This document shows, piece after piece, positions 1 to 12,289 of a stretch of DNA of 34,868 nt. Both the position numbers and the translations under genes were made by a program. The stretch is from Octopus bimaculoides (Eukaryota): positions 32,362,838 to 32,397,705 of the forward strand of contig NC_068987.1 of the NCBI RefSeq assembly GCF_001194135.2. Reading direction: 5' to 3'. Every line of letters begins with the position of its first letter. Positions within the stretch are counted from its first letter, which is position 1. The notes beneath the pieces are model-generated. The model did not search any database. It worked only from the letters and a program-made list of their open reading frames with translations, and was not told the DNA's origin.

Positions 1-160
1 GCCCGTTGCTCTGTTCTGAGTTCAAATTCCCCCGAGGTCGACTTTGCCTTTCATCTTTTCGGGGTTGATAAATTAAGTACCAGTTGAACACTGCGGTCGA
101 TTAGATCGACTCATCTCATTCCCCAAAATGGCTGCCCTTTGGCAAAATTTGAAACCATTA
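1..160 (+). mobile_element. tRNA-derived SINE family 1, 5'-truncated by the window edge
   Basis: B-box-like GAGTTCAAATTCC followed by GAGGTCGACTTTGCCTTTCATC..GATAAATTAAGTACCAG and an (ATT)n tail; the same block recurs about 10 times in the window. Confidence 0.85.
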
Positions 161-171
161 TTATTATTATT

Positions 172-726
172 GAGTGAGAGAGCAGTGTATGCCATCAAAG
201 TGACACTGGGGTACAATTATACGAAGCCCAATACACCCATCACTACTACCCGTCTGATAAAGGTACACCAGGCACATGCATCGCAACCACACGTGCGCAA
301 CATGGTGATCTTATATTAAGATAAATAGTGCACGACCTTGCAGGTGGGGTCCAGTTAGAATTTTTTCAGGTTGAGTAGCCCATCCTTCTCAAAAAGTATT
401 TGAATAAGGTTTGTTTAAGGATGATGAACAAGACACCCATGTTTCCAGAAGTGAATTATTCAAACCCCAAAGAATTCCTCTCAACACATGGCTATGACAC
501 TCCCCCACTACTTCTGCTCGAGATCAGAGATGCACATATCATCATCCATTAAGGGACAGGATCAACTGGTTAAGGTCAAGCAACTGACAAGCAAATCTGT
601 GGTGTTGAGGAGAATATTTGCTGTAGCCCATCTTTTATACCAAGACAAAACAATGTACATGATAACACTTGCAATCAGTTAAGATAATAAGGCATGGAAG
701 CCACTGCCTGGTACTGCATCAGGACA
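172..726 (-). mobile_element. Probable non-autonomous interspersed repeat bounded by (AAT)n and (AAG)n
   Basis: Complex, GC-richer segment with no meaningful ORF and sharp borders at (ATT)n 157-171 and (TTC)n 728-805; repeat status and strand are inferred. Confidence 0.4.
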
Positions 727-727
727 A

Positions 728-805
728 TTCTTCTTCTTCTTCTTCTTCTTCTTCTTCTTCTTCTTCTTCTTCTTCTTCTTCTTCTTCTTCTTCTTCTTCT
801 TCTTC
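728..805. repeat. (CTT)n microsatellite
   Basis: Perfect trinucleotide run, about 26 units. Confidence 0.98.
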
Positions 806-885
806 CAGTTGAACAATGGCATCGATGTAATCGATTTGCTCCCTCACCCAAAAGTACAGGCCTTGTCACTATAATAGAAACGATT
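806..885 (+). mobile_element. SINE family 1, degenerate 3' fragment
   Basis: CCAGTTGAACAATGGCATCGATGTAATCGATT..GGCCTTGT matches the 3' half of the other copies. Confidence 0.55.
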
Positions 886-1884
886 GTTGTTATGGCCGGG
901 GTCGCTCTCGGTTTGAGCACCAGTTCGTCGTACAGCCCCATAAATTAAGAATAAATATTTGTCGATTTTGTCTGACTCGTGTTTTCTCGTAATTTATTTT
1001 ACTGAATGTTACGGCTATGAAAAATAACCGAGGGATGCGTTTTTGGATACAAAATACAACTTGTTCATACAAGTAATTAATAGAAAACCTTTTTTACAAG
1101 TGGTATTTAAACAATAAACAATAAGCAAGAGGAGATAACTCCTTTTGCTTATTGTTCCAAAGAGATTATTTGGACACTCTTCGTAATAGATATTGGAACG
1201 ATCCTGGTCTCTAAAGTCTATAAATTGAAGCAATGAGCATGTTTTAGTCTTGACTAAAACATTGTCATTGCATGTTTTAGTCAAACAAGTCATATACTAC
1301 CAGGTTGGCGAAACTAAGAGTGACCAATATCGAAATAGGGGAAATGTTGTGATGCTAAATCAGCAACGTGAGCATAGTGAAAATACTCCAGCGGTGTGTT
1401 CTACAAATATGATATACGATAGGGTGTCTCTTATGTAATACAGGAAGATAAAAACTTCGATTAATTGGTATACAAAAGCTCCTTGATAGGGTGTTTGAAT
1501 TCTAAAAATTAACATTTTGGACAATACAGTGATCCCAAAACTTAGAATTATACACAACAGAAATATAGGACAACTGGATACTGAATAGATTTTATGCAGA
1601 GTACTGTCATTGTATAGAAAATACAAAGCTCGTTTCTCCCCCCCCCCCCCAAAAAAAAACAACAACAAAAAAAAACGACAAAAAACAGCTCTCGCTTGCT
1701 ACTATCTTTTTCAGGTTTCAGTGATATTGCTACATCATTAATTGTACTCTGTGTCTTTTTTTCTTCTTTTATTGTACATACTGAAAATATTACATCAGAA
1801 TCTCATCTATCAATATCTCATTAAACTTTACTTACATTACTAAATAGCTTCGAAGACGCTGTCATGTTTTAGAAAGAAACATCT

Positions 1885-2222
1885 GCATACATACACACAC
1901 CTATACATACATACATACATATATACACGCACATACATACATATACACGCATACACATACATACGTATAGACACACACATATTTACGTACATACATAATA
2001 ATACACATACATACAAACATACATACATGCATGGATGCATACATACATACATACATACATACACATACATACATACAGATACATACATGCACGCGTACAT
2101 ACATACATACATACATACATTCATACATACATACATACGTACATACACACACATACACACGTATATACATAATACATACATGCATACATACATACATGCA
2201 TACATACATACATACTTATATA
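1885..2222. repeat. Degenerate (TACA)n/(CA)n microsatellite
   Basis: Direct reading of the sequence. Confidence 0.95.
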
Positions 2223-2434
2223 CAAATGTATATGGAAAGTGACCATTCGTTGAACGAGAATTACTATCACAAACGATTAGAAAAATATTTTTGTGGTCTG
2301 TTTACGCGTCACAGGTTTTATTACCTATGTGATACATTTATGCATGTGTTTTGATTGGATGTACTTCTGCCAACGTGGTTGTAAAATTTATTGCGGTCAG
2401 TGAGATCTGATTAACATTTGCCTACTTAACCACA

Positions 2435-2817
2435 GTGGAGGCGCAATGGCCCAGTGGTTAGGGCAGCGGACTCGCGGTCATAGGATCGCGGTTTCGATTC
2501 CCAGACCGGGCGTTGTGAGTGTTTATTGAGCGAAAACACTTAAAGCTCCACGAGGCTCCGGCAGGGGATGGTGGCGAACCCTGCTGTACTCTTCCACCAC
2601 AACTTTCTCTCACTCTTACTTCCTGTTTCTGTTGTGCCTGTAATTCAAAGGGTCAGCCTTGTCACACTGCGTCACGCTGAATATCCCCGAGAACTACGTT
2701 AAGGGTACACGTGTCTGTAGAGTGCTCAGCCACTTGCACGATAATTTCACGAGCAGGCTGTTCCATTGATCGGATCAACTGGAACCCTCGACGTCGTAAG
2801 CGACGGAGTGCCAACAA
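2435..2817 (+). mobile_element. Full-length tRNA-derived SINE family 2 with 11-bp TSD
   Basis: A box TGGCCCAGTGG (2447-2457), B-box-like GGTTTCGATTCC (about 2490-2501), TSD ACTTAACCACA at 2424-2434 and 2818-2828. Confidence 0.92.
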
Positions 2818-3411
2818 ACTTAACCACATTCCACACATATGAGAGACCCTACGTGTGTACATTCATAATGAAACATCAGACTTAGTCTTACTAAATTCCG
2901 CGCTTAGTCACACTTTTACTGCTTAAAAGACGGCTTGCAAAAAAACAAACTACATAATTTATGTAGCAGAGTTTCGTGAAGTAGATTTTCATCCCTTTCT
3001 TTCATGGCAGATCACCTTCTTGTCGCATATCATAATGTTTATATCTCAAATAAAACTGAGTCCAAGCTTATTGCTCTTCTCCAAGTTGATTCAATATACA
3101 CCGTTAGCAACTATCTGTTTTTAGTTCAACATCGGCTGACGCGGTGTATAATGAGGAAAATATCAAGATAAACTCTGGAGGTAACTTGTGGAAAACGTTT
3201 CATATTTTCTTTATGTGATAATTCAGGATCCATTGTTCCTCTTTGTTTAATTCACATGCACATAAATTCATAACAACGAGTAGTCATTTAGTTATTGTGT
3301 ATTCTGTATAATTAAATATCTCTCTTACTTGAAGTTAAAAAAAATCAAAGTTCACATGAGTCTCTCTCTTCCTCTCTCTCTTCTGTTCCTTTATTCTCTT
3401 GCGTATATATA

Positions 3412-4282
3412 CAGGGTGAGATGAACAAACTGTCGTCTACATTACGCAAACATGAAAATAACGCTGACATCTCATTTTAACAGATATATTTACCAAAATT
3501 ACATAAAAATATCTCAAAATACTAAAGAGTAAATTTATCCAATAAAATCGCCATTGCGTTCAACCACGGCTTCCAGACGACTTCTGAATCTCCTACAACT
3601 CTTCTGGACGGTATCCTTGTTTAAATTGTTGAATGCTGCCATATTCCCTACCTTCAGTTCGTATTTGGTGTTACAAGGAATTTTGTTGGTCTCTCGCTCA
3701 ACTGCGCCTCACACGTAATAATCAAAGGGGTTTCAGTCTGGGGTGTTAGGTGGCCAGATGTTAGGGTCCATGTGGTCACAGAAATTGTCTGACAGCCATG
3801 ACTAGGTTCCCCTGCTCGTGTGGCATAGTGCAGAGTCCTGTTGCCAGACACATGGTCTTCCAGCAGCCACCCTCTTGACTCAGTGCAGCACTACTTCCTC
3901 CAGGCACTTGATGTAGGCCTCTGTGTTGAGTGAGGCCATGTGGGAAGATGAATGGAAGTATAAGTTCGCTATCACTATTGATTACTCCAAACACCACGAT
4001 GTTGACTGGATGTTTGATTTTTATCACTCCCGGTACATGTCCTCAAATTGACACTCAAACACTCTGCAATGTTCGTTCTTGAACCTTCTGGCGCGAATGC
4101 CAAGCAGTACAGCATGTCGTTTCCAAATTTCTGGCAGAGTGAATTCTATCATGGTGCTGTTTTTCTTACAGCCGGTGCCCAAGTGACCCTACTGTACTGT
4201 GTAGTCGACAAAACAAAGACAAACAATGCGCATGCGCAAAATTAAAAATATAAAATGGCGAAAATTTACCCTTCACACCCTG
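3412..4282 (-). mobile_element. Tc1/mariner maT-family (DD37D) transposon, internally deleted
   Basis: Ends CAGGGTG...CACCCTG flanked by TA, with imperfect TIRs; transposase remnant WQQDSALCH..WPPNTPD*NPFDYY with 37 residues between the second and third Asp. Confidence 0.93.
3535..4152 (-). pseudogene. maT transposase pseudogene
   Basis: N-terminus MIEFTLPEIWKRHAVLLGIRA joined to KIKHPVNIVVFGVI..., C-terminus CRRFRSRLEAVVERNGDFIG*; several stops and frameshifts. Confidence 0.9.
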
Positions 4283-4514
4283 TATACATGTGCGCGCGCG
4301 GGCGAGTGTGTATGTGTGCATGCGTGCACGTGTATATGTGCGTATGTATGTGTATGTAGATATGTATCTATGTATTTATACATACACATATTCAAAAGAC
4401 ACATATACATAAACAAATGATATATGAAAATGAAAGAGTAAACAAAAAATAGAAAATTTTTGCGTTTCTGGGTATTTGTAAAAAGCATATTCTTACTAAT
4501 ATCAAACTATCGTG

Positions 4515-4745
4515 TAGGGCAGCGCGCTAACAGATTTCTTAGAGCGTTGCAAGAAATGCTTAGCAATATTACTTCAAACTCGCTACGTTTTGACTCCAAA
4601 TCTCGACACTGTCTTCTTTGCTATTCATACCAATGGGTATGAATGACAACATAAAATAGCACTCTTATATTGGGATCAGTGATGTCGATTAACCAGTTTC
4701 TTTCAAAACTGCTAGCTCTGTGAAGCCTAAATTAGAAACCCTTAT
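4515..4745 (+). mobile_element. SINE family 1, highly degenerate
   Basis: GGCAGCGCGCTAACAGA..GAAATGCTTAGCAATATT resembles the 5' region of the copy at 10151. Confidence 0.45.
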
Positions 4746-7175
4746 TAAACCAGCTATTATGGTCCGATCTGTAGTACTCTATCTTTCGATTTCACAGAAA
4801 CGAACTGGGAATGGTGGCACCATAACGTATTGGTGCTTGGAATGGCACCATTGAAATAGGTTAGTTCCTGTAGTGCGTATACTTTTGTCGTTGTTGATTA
4901 GCAACAGGTCAATTCAAGCAAACTTATGATCAAAAGTATTCCGGCCTTGTCCACCCGGTCGTTTAGCATATCTAGAACAGAAGTGTCATTCTTTTTGCAA
5001 ATCTGGATGCTACTTGTTATTTGTAGCGGATCAACTGACCTTGTAGAAGCTTCCAAATCTCTTTGACTGAGTTCAGTTATGTTCTACCGGTGCAACTTGA
5101 AAATGATAAACTCAACTAAATTTCAATCTATGGAAAAAGCTTCTCTTTGTGAATGGCATTCATTCTTATAAAGTCGATAAGGACCGGGTGTGAGAAGTGA
5201 TTCATTCAAGCATAATTTAATAATTCTTTCGGTTGGATAATACGAATGGATACCGTTTAATAAGGTATCTCATCATGAGAAAAGACAAGTATTAATGTAG
5301 GTACTTGATACTTTTTAAACAATTGAAGAAAAAAAAAACAAAAAAAAACTACGAGTATTTTTCCGAAAGGCTTTTTAAAGGAAAGCGTGCTAAAACAAGC
5401 AATATTACTTGAAAGCAAATCTTCAGAACAAACCATATGAGCATCGTTTCTTGAATTTGAGATGAAAGGAAGAGTACGAGAGAGCTGATTGCTTGCAGTG
5501 AACACGATTAGGCGCTGGATTCCTACAAATATATCATCATATATTAGAGTTCCTTAAAAAAATGTGTATTCCGAAGTGACTTATGCATTTGGAATTTTTT
5601 GCCATCTTCACGCTATATTTTCATGGCGAGGCTGAAACAGTCTGGAAACATCGATGAGAAGTGAATTTAGGAACATGATTGTTCCAAACGAACTGCAAAG
5701 GTATAATAGGAAAACCCCAGTAAAAAGAATAAAATTGGGACATAGTCTTGTTTACAGTGTAACACAGGTAGACATATACATATATATATACACACATATA
5801 CATACCTATATATGAAATACATACACACACATCTATGTGGATATATATATATACTTAAACACGCATATACACACGCGTATATAAATACACATACTGAAAC
5901 ACGCATGCGTATACATATATATTCACGTACGCATACATATATGCATACATGCATACACGTACACACGCATACACGCATACACTATATACGTACATTGAAG
6001 TTATACATTTTCAGACATATTTATTTAAAGTAAAACTAGGAGAGCTAAAAAATGGAGAAAAATAGAAATACAATGTAAAGCGGCTGAAGAAACATTCATA
6101 AGTAGAAATGAACTAAAGTGGAGGAGGGAAGAAAAAATGAGCGGGCAATATGGATTTTCCTTCATACATATGTGTGTGCGTGCGTGCGTGTGTGTGTGTG
6201 TTATGTATATGTATGTATATGCACTCGCTTGTACATCCATGTGTACGCATATGTAATTATGTATGTGTACGCACATACACACACATACATATACACGCAC
6301 CCATATAAGTATACAAGGAAGAAAACCATATATATTGTTAAGTTCAGAAATTTTATTTTGCGTTTGCTTTAGATATTTCTAAATGAAAAATAAATTTGGA
6401 AACACTCTAAATACACATACACGCAGGCACAAGAGCAAGCATACGTATACATATATATGCATATACACTTAGACGGTGCGCACATCCACATCCGTACGCA
6501 GAAATATATATTCAAGCACAAAAGCACACAAATACATCTAGACACAAATGATAAAGCACAAACTCAGTTATATACACGCACAGTGAGCGCATACACACGT
6601 ATACACACGCATACACATACACTTGAGAATACAATGATGATTTAAGTATATTCAAAGAAGATGGCCGCCAATAATATTTCGTCCATTTTTATTTTGTATA
6701 TCGACGGTTATTTATTTTTTGTTTTGCTTTTTTTTTTATTGTTTTGTTGTTCTGTGTGATTGTAAAGACATGGAAGTTTGATTGAAAGATTCATAGAATG
6801 TATTTCTAATTCAAAAAAAAAAAAAAATAATAATAAATAAAAAAAATTAATACAAAAAGATATAAAAAATAAAAAGTCTTTATAAATGCAAAATATGGTT
6901 ACAAGATATTAAGAAGAATAAGAAGAACAGTAGGAACAACGAAAACAACAACAGAACAATGTTAACTTTTATTTTACTTACATTGAAATCCTAGTTACAA
7001 AATCATGAAAAGAAACAAATTCAGTTTTTTAATGTTTTGTATATAAAATAGGGTTATTTCATTCACACACTAAAGCACACACACACACACACACACACAC
7101 ATGTATAATATAGTTGTATATAATGTATACAAATGGTATTGGATGGAAATTTCCTAAGAAACCGAGCTTTTGTTT

Positions 7176-7176
<1 letters not shown>

Positions 7177-7208
<32 letters not shown>

Positions 7209-7209
7209 A

Positions 7210-7242
<33 letters not shown>

Positions 7243-7245
7243 GTT
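7177..7245. repeat. (TCTA)n microsatellite
   Basis: Direct reading of the sequence. Confidence 0.95.
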
Positions 7246-7714
7246 TGTCTACCTTGTCTGCCTGCCTGCTCATATATGCCTATACTTCCTTTTCTGTCTT
7301 TCGTTCTCAGTGTCGGTGTACAAGCGTGAATGTGCGTTTGTATATATATATGTATATTTATACACTCTCACACACACACGCACATACATACATATAAGCT
7401 ATGAACATATATAATACATTATATAATATATATATTTTGTGTGTGTGTTTGTACATGTGTGTATGTGTGTGTGTATGTATATATATATGTGTATGTGTGC
7501 GTGTATGTGTATATGTGTGTATGTGTGCATGTGTATGAGGTTGAAGAACTTAAGAAATATGGAATGTACTTCATTTTCAATGATATCGAAGTAAACTGAA
7601 TTACTAGAACTTCTCGATTGTACATTTTGCCGTCTTCAGAGATGTCGGTTTCATTTTAAGAATCGGCAAATACAATAACAGTATCCATAAACACCAGGTT
7701 GAACTTTCTATATG

Positions 7715-7840
7715 CTCTGAGTCCAAATTCTGCCGAGTTAAATTTTGCCTCTCATCCCATCTAGTTGAGCACTGGGACAATGTAATCGACTTCGCCTCCC
7801 TTGAAATAGCTGGCCTTGTGCCAAAATTTGAAATTAATAT
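7715..7840 (+). mobile_element. SINE family 1, partial
   Basis: CTGAGTCCAAATTCTGCCGAG..TTTGCCTCTCATCC..GGCCTTGTGCCAAAATTTGAAA. Confidence 0.75.
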
Positions 7841-8864
7841 TCTCTTATTATATACCTTATAGCAAATTAATTATTCTTAGTGGTTGTCATTCATCACAGG
7901 AATAATATGAACGTTAGAGTTTACTACATCATCCGTCCCTAATGTAACACAAATAACACTGATAATATCCATTTAACCTTTTACGATGTAGTCTGTTGCT
8001 TGAAGTAAGCAAGTGTCAGTGAATTGAACCAATCCCAGTAACTGTTTGACTTACTTAACTCTCACCCCTTAACACTCAACCTGATTAAACATAAGGAGGG
8101 TCGAAGTTAAAACAAATCTGAAGACTAAACAATAAATAACTCCTTTCCTTGCAAACATACTTGCGCACGTAAAGCCATCCGTCCCGCAAATAGTATGTAA
8201 ATACATATAGCAACAAACTCAAAACACACCTGTTTGTCTTCATAGAACTTCTCTTTACTCAGGAGTGAAGAAGTTGTCTAATGAAACTCATCTGATTCCT
8301 GTTTAGCAGAACTTAGAATAACTGACAGGAACAGTATAAAGAGATTTTGGCGAATGAATGTTCCCTGTTTAGGTAATTTAATATAATTTATAATAATGAG
8401 ACATTCTCCAGGGACACCTAGTTAACTGGGAACCATAGCATCGTTTATGTAAAAAGATGTCATTTCAACTCAAATAGTTTTTTTTTATATTGTAACGACT
8501 TGGTCAACATTGTTTTGGTGGCTCGCTTTATCGATCTTCATCATACATCCGCTTTATGAATTAATCACTATTTCAATTCGTAGTAAACAACTTTTAACCT
8601 GCTTGATTATCCATCAAATCACACCCTTTGATTATATGCCTTCTGGATTAAGGCTAAAATGGAGCTAAACAAAAACAGAAACACGACCACCACCACCACC
8701 ACCAATTGTAATATCGCCTTTGGAGTTTACTCTGATGCCAGCATTGGGACCACTGGTTCCCCCTGTTCCTGTTTCATTCATTTGTGAATGATATTTAATG
8801 TGGTTAACTTTACGTTAGCTACATTAGCATCACAAATCTGCAGAGGCCAATCTCGCCTCTCCAT

Positions 8865-9176
8865 TTACCCATCCATTAATCCATCAATCCATCCATCCAG
8901 TACACTGGAACATACCTCCATCCATCTATCCATCCACCCATCTTCTCCGTCCACTATTCCTGAGGGGATCATGAGGTGTAAAGTTCTCCTCATTCATCGG
9001 GTCCTGTCAAAAGCAACCGTCATAACATTTACCTGCTGTGTTTCCAAGCGTAACCAACTGTGACGATGGATATTATCCAACAGTCTCGTTCTTGGTCTAT
9101 TCCTAAGACTCCTTCCGTTTAGCTCGGCTTGGAGAATCCGTTTTGCGATTCTTTCTTGCGACATTCTAATCACATT
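8865..9176 (-). mobile_element. RTE-like LINE 3' end with (GATG)n tail
   Basis: VIRMSQERIAKRILQAELNGRSLRNRPRTRLLDNI resembles the C-terminus of RTE-type ORFs; followed by (GATG)n; homologous to 20455-20766. Confidence 0.78.
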
Positions 9177-9429
9177 TATTTTACTTATTAATAAAAACAA
9201 AAAACTAAAGCTAAAAAAAAAACAAACATTTAATCGCTGTTTAATTCTTATCAGCCCTTATAAAGCAGGCTTAATATCGAAGCCGTTCCAGTAATGACTA
9301 TATAACTTATCCAAATAGTGTATCTGTGTCTACATTAGGCAACATATGCTTCTAATTTTTAAAGACGACAAGGAGAATATACAAACAGTTTATATCACAA
9401 CCTTCCTCATCGTTGTCGTTGTTGAATCT

Positions 9430-9516
9430 CATCATCATACCACTGTCACCACCACCATCGCCACCATCAATATCATTAAGACCGGCAACATTACGACGAC
9501 GACGACGACCACCACC

Positions 9517-9548
<32 letters not shown>

Positions 9549-9560
9549 CAACAACCTCTA
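9430..9560. repeat. Compound (ACC)/(ACG)/(AAC) microsatellite
   Basis: Direct reading of the sequence. Confidence 0.9.
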
Positions 9561-9720
9561 CTTTAGCAACATCATCGTTACCCCTGCCATTATTAACGAC
9601 AATACCAATAGCTGCCGTTACCGCCGGGTTAGTCTAGAAATAGTTAATTGGCAAAATATTTTGTACTTCACGACCTAAACGAAATTATTGATTTGATTTC
9701 AGGGCACAAATTTATAAATA

Positions 9721-9776
<56 letters not shown>

Positions 9777-9874
9777 ATACACGGACACACATACACGCGC
9801 GTGAACATGCATACACACACATATACACAAACACACATGTATATATAATGTTAGTTCCTATGTCAATTTCGATG

Positions 9875-10030
9875 AGAAGTATTCAGTCGTGTGAACAACT
9901 GAACTAGCTACTCGTTAAATTGGTAAATGCTTCAGTATTTTACAGATGTGTACTCGCTTGACGTGAGCCTCAGGTTGTATCAGCGTAACATAAAATGTGG
10001 GAAAGAGTGAGAGAAGGAATTACAGGTGAA
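9875..10030 (-). mobile_element. Degenerate SINE family 2-related fragment
   Basis: Colinear similarity to the reverse complement of 2635-2780 (CTCGTTAAATT, ACAGATGTGTAC, TCAGCGTAAC, GAATTACAGG). Confidence 0.55.
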
Positions 10031-10150
10031 ATGTATCCAACCGCTCCCCCACGATTTTTCTCCACCTTATTTCTCAAATGGTAAAAGACAGGTGCTCACT
10101 TGTCAGTGGCAATGCGAAACGTAAGCACCAATTAATATTATCGATACAGG

Positions 10151-10375
10151 AAAGGCAGCGGGCAGGCAGAATCGTTAGCACGTTGGATACGATGCTTAGC
10201 AGCATTTCGTCCGTTTTCACTTGCTGAGTTCAAATTCTGCTGACTTCGACTTTGCCTTTCATCCTTTCGGGGGCCGATGAAATGAATACCTGTTGAATAG
10301 TGGAGGGGTCGATGTAATTGACTTACTTCGTAGCCAAAAATTGCTGACTTTGTGCCAAAATTGAAAACTGATATT
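10151..10375 (+). mobile_element. SINE family 1, near full length
   Basis: Head AAGGCAGCGGGCAGGCAGAATCGTTAGCA, B box GAGTTCAAATTC, conserved core and 3' end. Confidence 0.88.
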
Positions 10376-10520
10376 ATTGATACAGGGAAAGTGAAATTGT
10401 TGAAAAAAATCTAGAACATGATGCATTTGGGCGGAAACTCGTGAGATATCTAAATAATTGATATGTTAAATACTTATGATATAAAGAAGTATAGAGAAAA
10501 CATTTTGATATTCTATAGAG

Positions 10521-10647
10521 CAGTGGCGAAGCAAGTGTGTATATCGCTGAAGCAGATCTTGAGTTTTCCACCTTCGTCCCCTATACAGGCTTATATTGCA
10601 GAATCGAAAGTGCCCCCGTCCATCACCCCTCTCAAGGTACACTACTG
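10521..10647. mobile_element. Possible degenerate MITE (CAGTGGCG-type ends)
   Basis: CAGTGGCGAAGC versus the reverse complement of GGTACACTACTG, 8/12 match; no clear TSD. Confidence 0.3.
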
Positions 10648-10800
10648 CTACATCAATAGTGATTCCAAGAAGCAAATGAGTATGAGACAAACTATGAGAG
10701 ATTGTAAAAGTACTGAGCACAATCGAGTGATAGAGTGATTTCATTTGTGTTAAAATGACGATGTGAACTTGTCGACTACAATACCAAAGCAATTGTTTAA

Positions 10801-11108
10801 CAGGGGTTCTCAGCCATTTTTCATCTATGGACCCATTTGATTACTATTTCGTTCTGATGGATCCCAATAACCATCCAATGTTTAAAAACTAGTTTTATAG
10901 AAACTTCTTTCAAAATTCCTATTTTGTTTTTCACACATTAACTTGTGTAAGTCGAACTATGTAAAATGTTAGAAAAAGAAGCCTAGGTGCTTCTTCCAGT
11001 ACATACTTATACATATATTGTGGATCACTAATTTATTATTTTGTGTGGACACCCCAAAATCTTATACGAAGCCTCAGAGGCCATATGAACCCTGGTTGAG
11101 AACCAGTG
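10801..11108 (+). mobile_element. hAT-type MITE, copy 1
   Basis: TIRs CAGGGGTTCTCAGCC / GGTTGAGAACCAGTG (12/15 match); 8-bp flanks are only weakly similar. Confidence 0.75.
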
Positions 11109-11335
11109 GTCTATGATATTCCAAATAAAACTAAGATTAGAATATCTTTGAATTAATAATGAAGGCTGACTTAAAAAGATTTAAGAAGCAACATGGAATT
11201 TCTATGTAAAAAGTGTGTGATAAAAATGTTTCCGCAAACCATAAAGGGGATGTTGAGAATTTGATGAGTTTGTTGCTAATGAGAAACTGAGCCCTGAAAT
11301 TGGATCATACTGGCACTCAGATGAATGTTTCGAAA

Positions 11336-11565
11336 CTGGGGTTCTTAAGGCCCTTGGGGTCCATATGAGTTTTTGCTGTTAAAATTTATGGATAATAATT
11401 TGGTTATAATACACAAAATAATTTCATTTTTTTAATACAATTTCTAAACACATTTAATTATAAAAATATAATAGGATTTTAAAATCATTGAATGGCTGTG
11501 TGGGTCCATCCGAGTAAAATAGGAATCAAAGGGCTCCATAGGCAAAAACTGGTTGATAAACACTG
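11336..11565 (-). mobile_element. hAT-type MITE, copy 2, inverted relative to copy 1
   Basis: 11455-11565 aligns by eye with the reverse complement of 10801-10925; degenerate TIRs. Confidence 0.7.
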
Positions 11566-11815
11566 ACTCAAATGGGTATTAACAAGAGGAGACGAAGTGA
11601 AGTCTATAGAGTTTAAGCATCCTATGCTTAGATTGTTTAATCTCTGTAGACAAAAATTATGAGAAAATGTAAAAATACTAAACATAATCGGGTGATGGAG
11701 TGATTTACCATCCTAGGGTGTATACCGCCAACCTACCGAGAATTTACCCCCGTACAGACATAATATATCTTTGCGCAACGTCCTTAGTGACTTGTCGCTA
11801 TATTTAATGTATTGA

Positions 11816-12289
11816 GGAGTATTTCGTCTGTCTTTACGCTCTGAGTTCAAATTCCACCGAGGTCGACTTTGCCTCTCATCCTTTCGGGGTCGATAAATTA
11901 AGTACCAGTTGCATACTGGAGTTGATCTAATCAACTGGCCCCCTCCCCCAAAATTTCGGGCCTTATGCCTTGAGTAGAAAAGAATATTTTGAAATGAGTT
12001 CAAATTCCACCGAGGTTGACTTTGCCTTTCATCCTTTCGGGGTCGATAAATTAAGTACCAGTTACGTATTGGGGTCGTTCAAATCGACTGGCCGCATCCC
12101 CAAAAATTTCGGGCCTTATGCCTTGAGTAGAAAAGAATATTCTAAAATGAGTTCAAATTCCGCTGAGGTCGACTTTGCCTTTCATCCTTTCAAGGTCGAT
12201 AAATTAAGTACCAGTTACGTACTGGAGTCGATCAAATCGACTGGTCGCATCCCCTAAAATTTCGGGCCTTATGCCTAGAGTAGAAAAGA
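11816..12289 (+). mobile_element. Head-to-tail trimer of the SINE family 1 3' portion with 16-bp TSD
   Basis: Units start TGAGTTCAAATTCC at 11842, 11995 and 12148 (period 153); TSD ATATTTAATGTATTGA at 11800-11815 and 12290-12305. Confidence 0.92.

Noticed and set aside
675-948. Poly-Leu and poly-Arg ORFs (likewise poly-L/E at 15891-16239, poly-T/V at 21749-22091, poly-I/Y/N near 28000)
   Set aside because: These are translations of trinucleotide microsatellites
1840-2354. YVCM/HTYI-type ORFs here and throughout the window
   Set aside because: These are stop-free frames of (TACA)n, (CA)n and (TA)n repeats
2435-2505. Possible tRNA gene
   Set aside because: It continues into a SINE body enclosed by a TSD and has no convincing cloverleaf
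6658-6669. YY1-like AAGATGGCCGCC motif
   Set aside because: It is an isolated short motif with no supporting promoter context
10463-10792. Overlapping 91-aa and 108-aa ORFs on opposite strands
   Set aside because: No recognisable domain or splice support; they overlap a possible MITE
11970-12257. ORF with a repeated 51-aa peptide; superficially CRISPR-like periodicity
   Set aside because: It is the SINE trimer, with no unique spacers and no cas genes in a eukaryotic context
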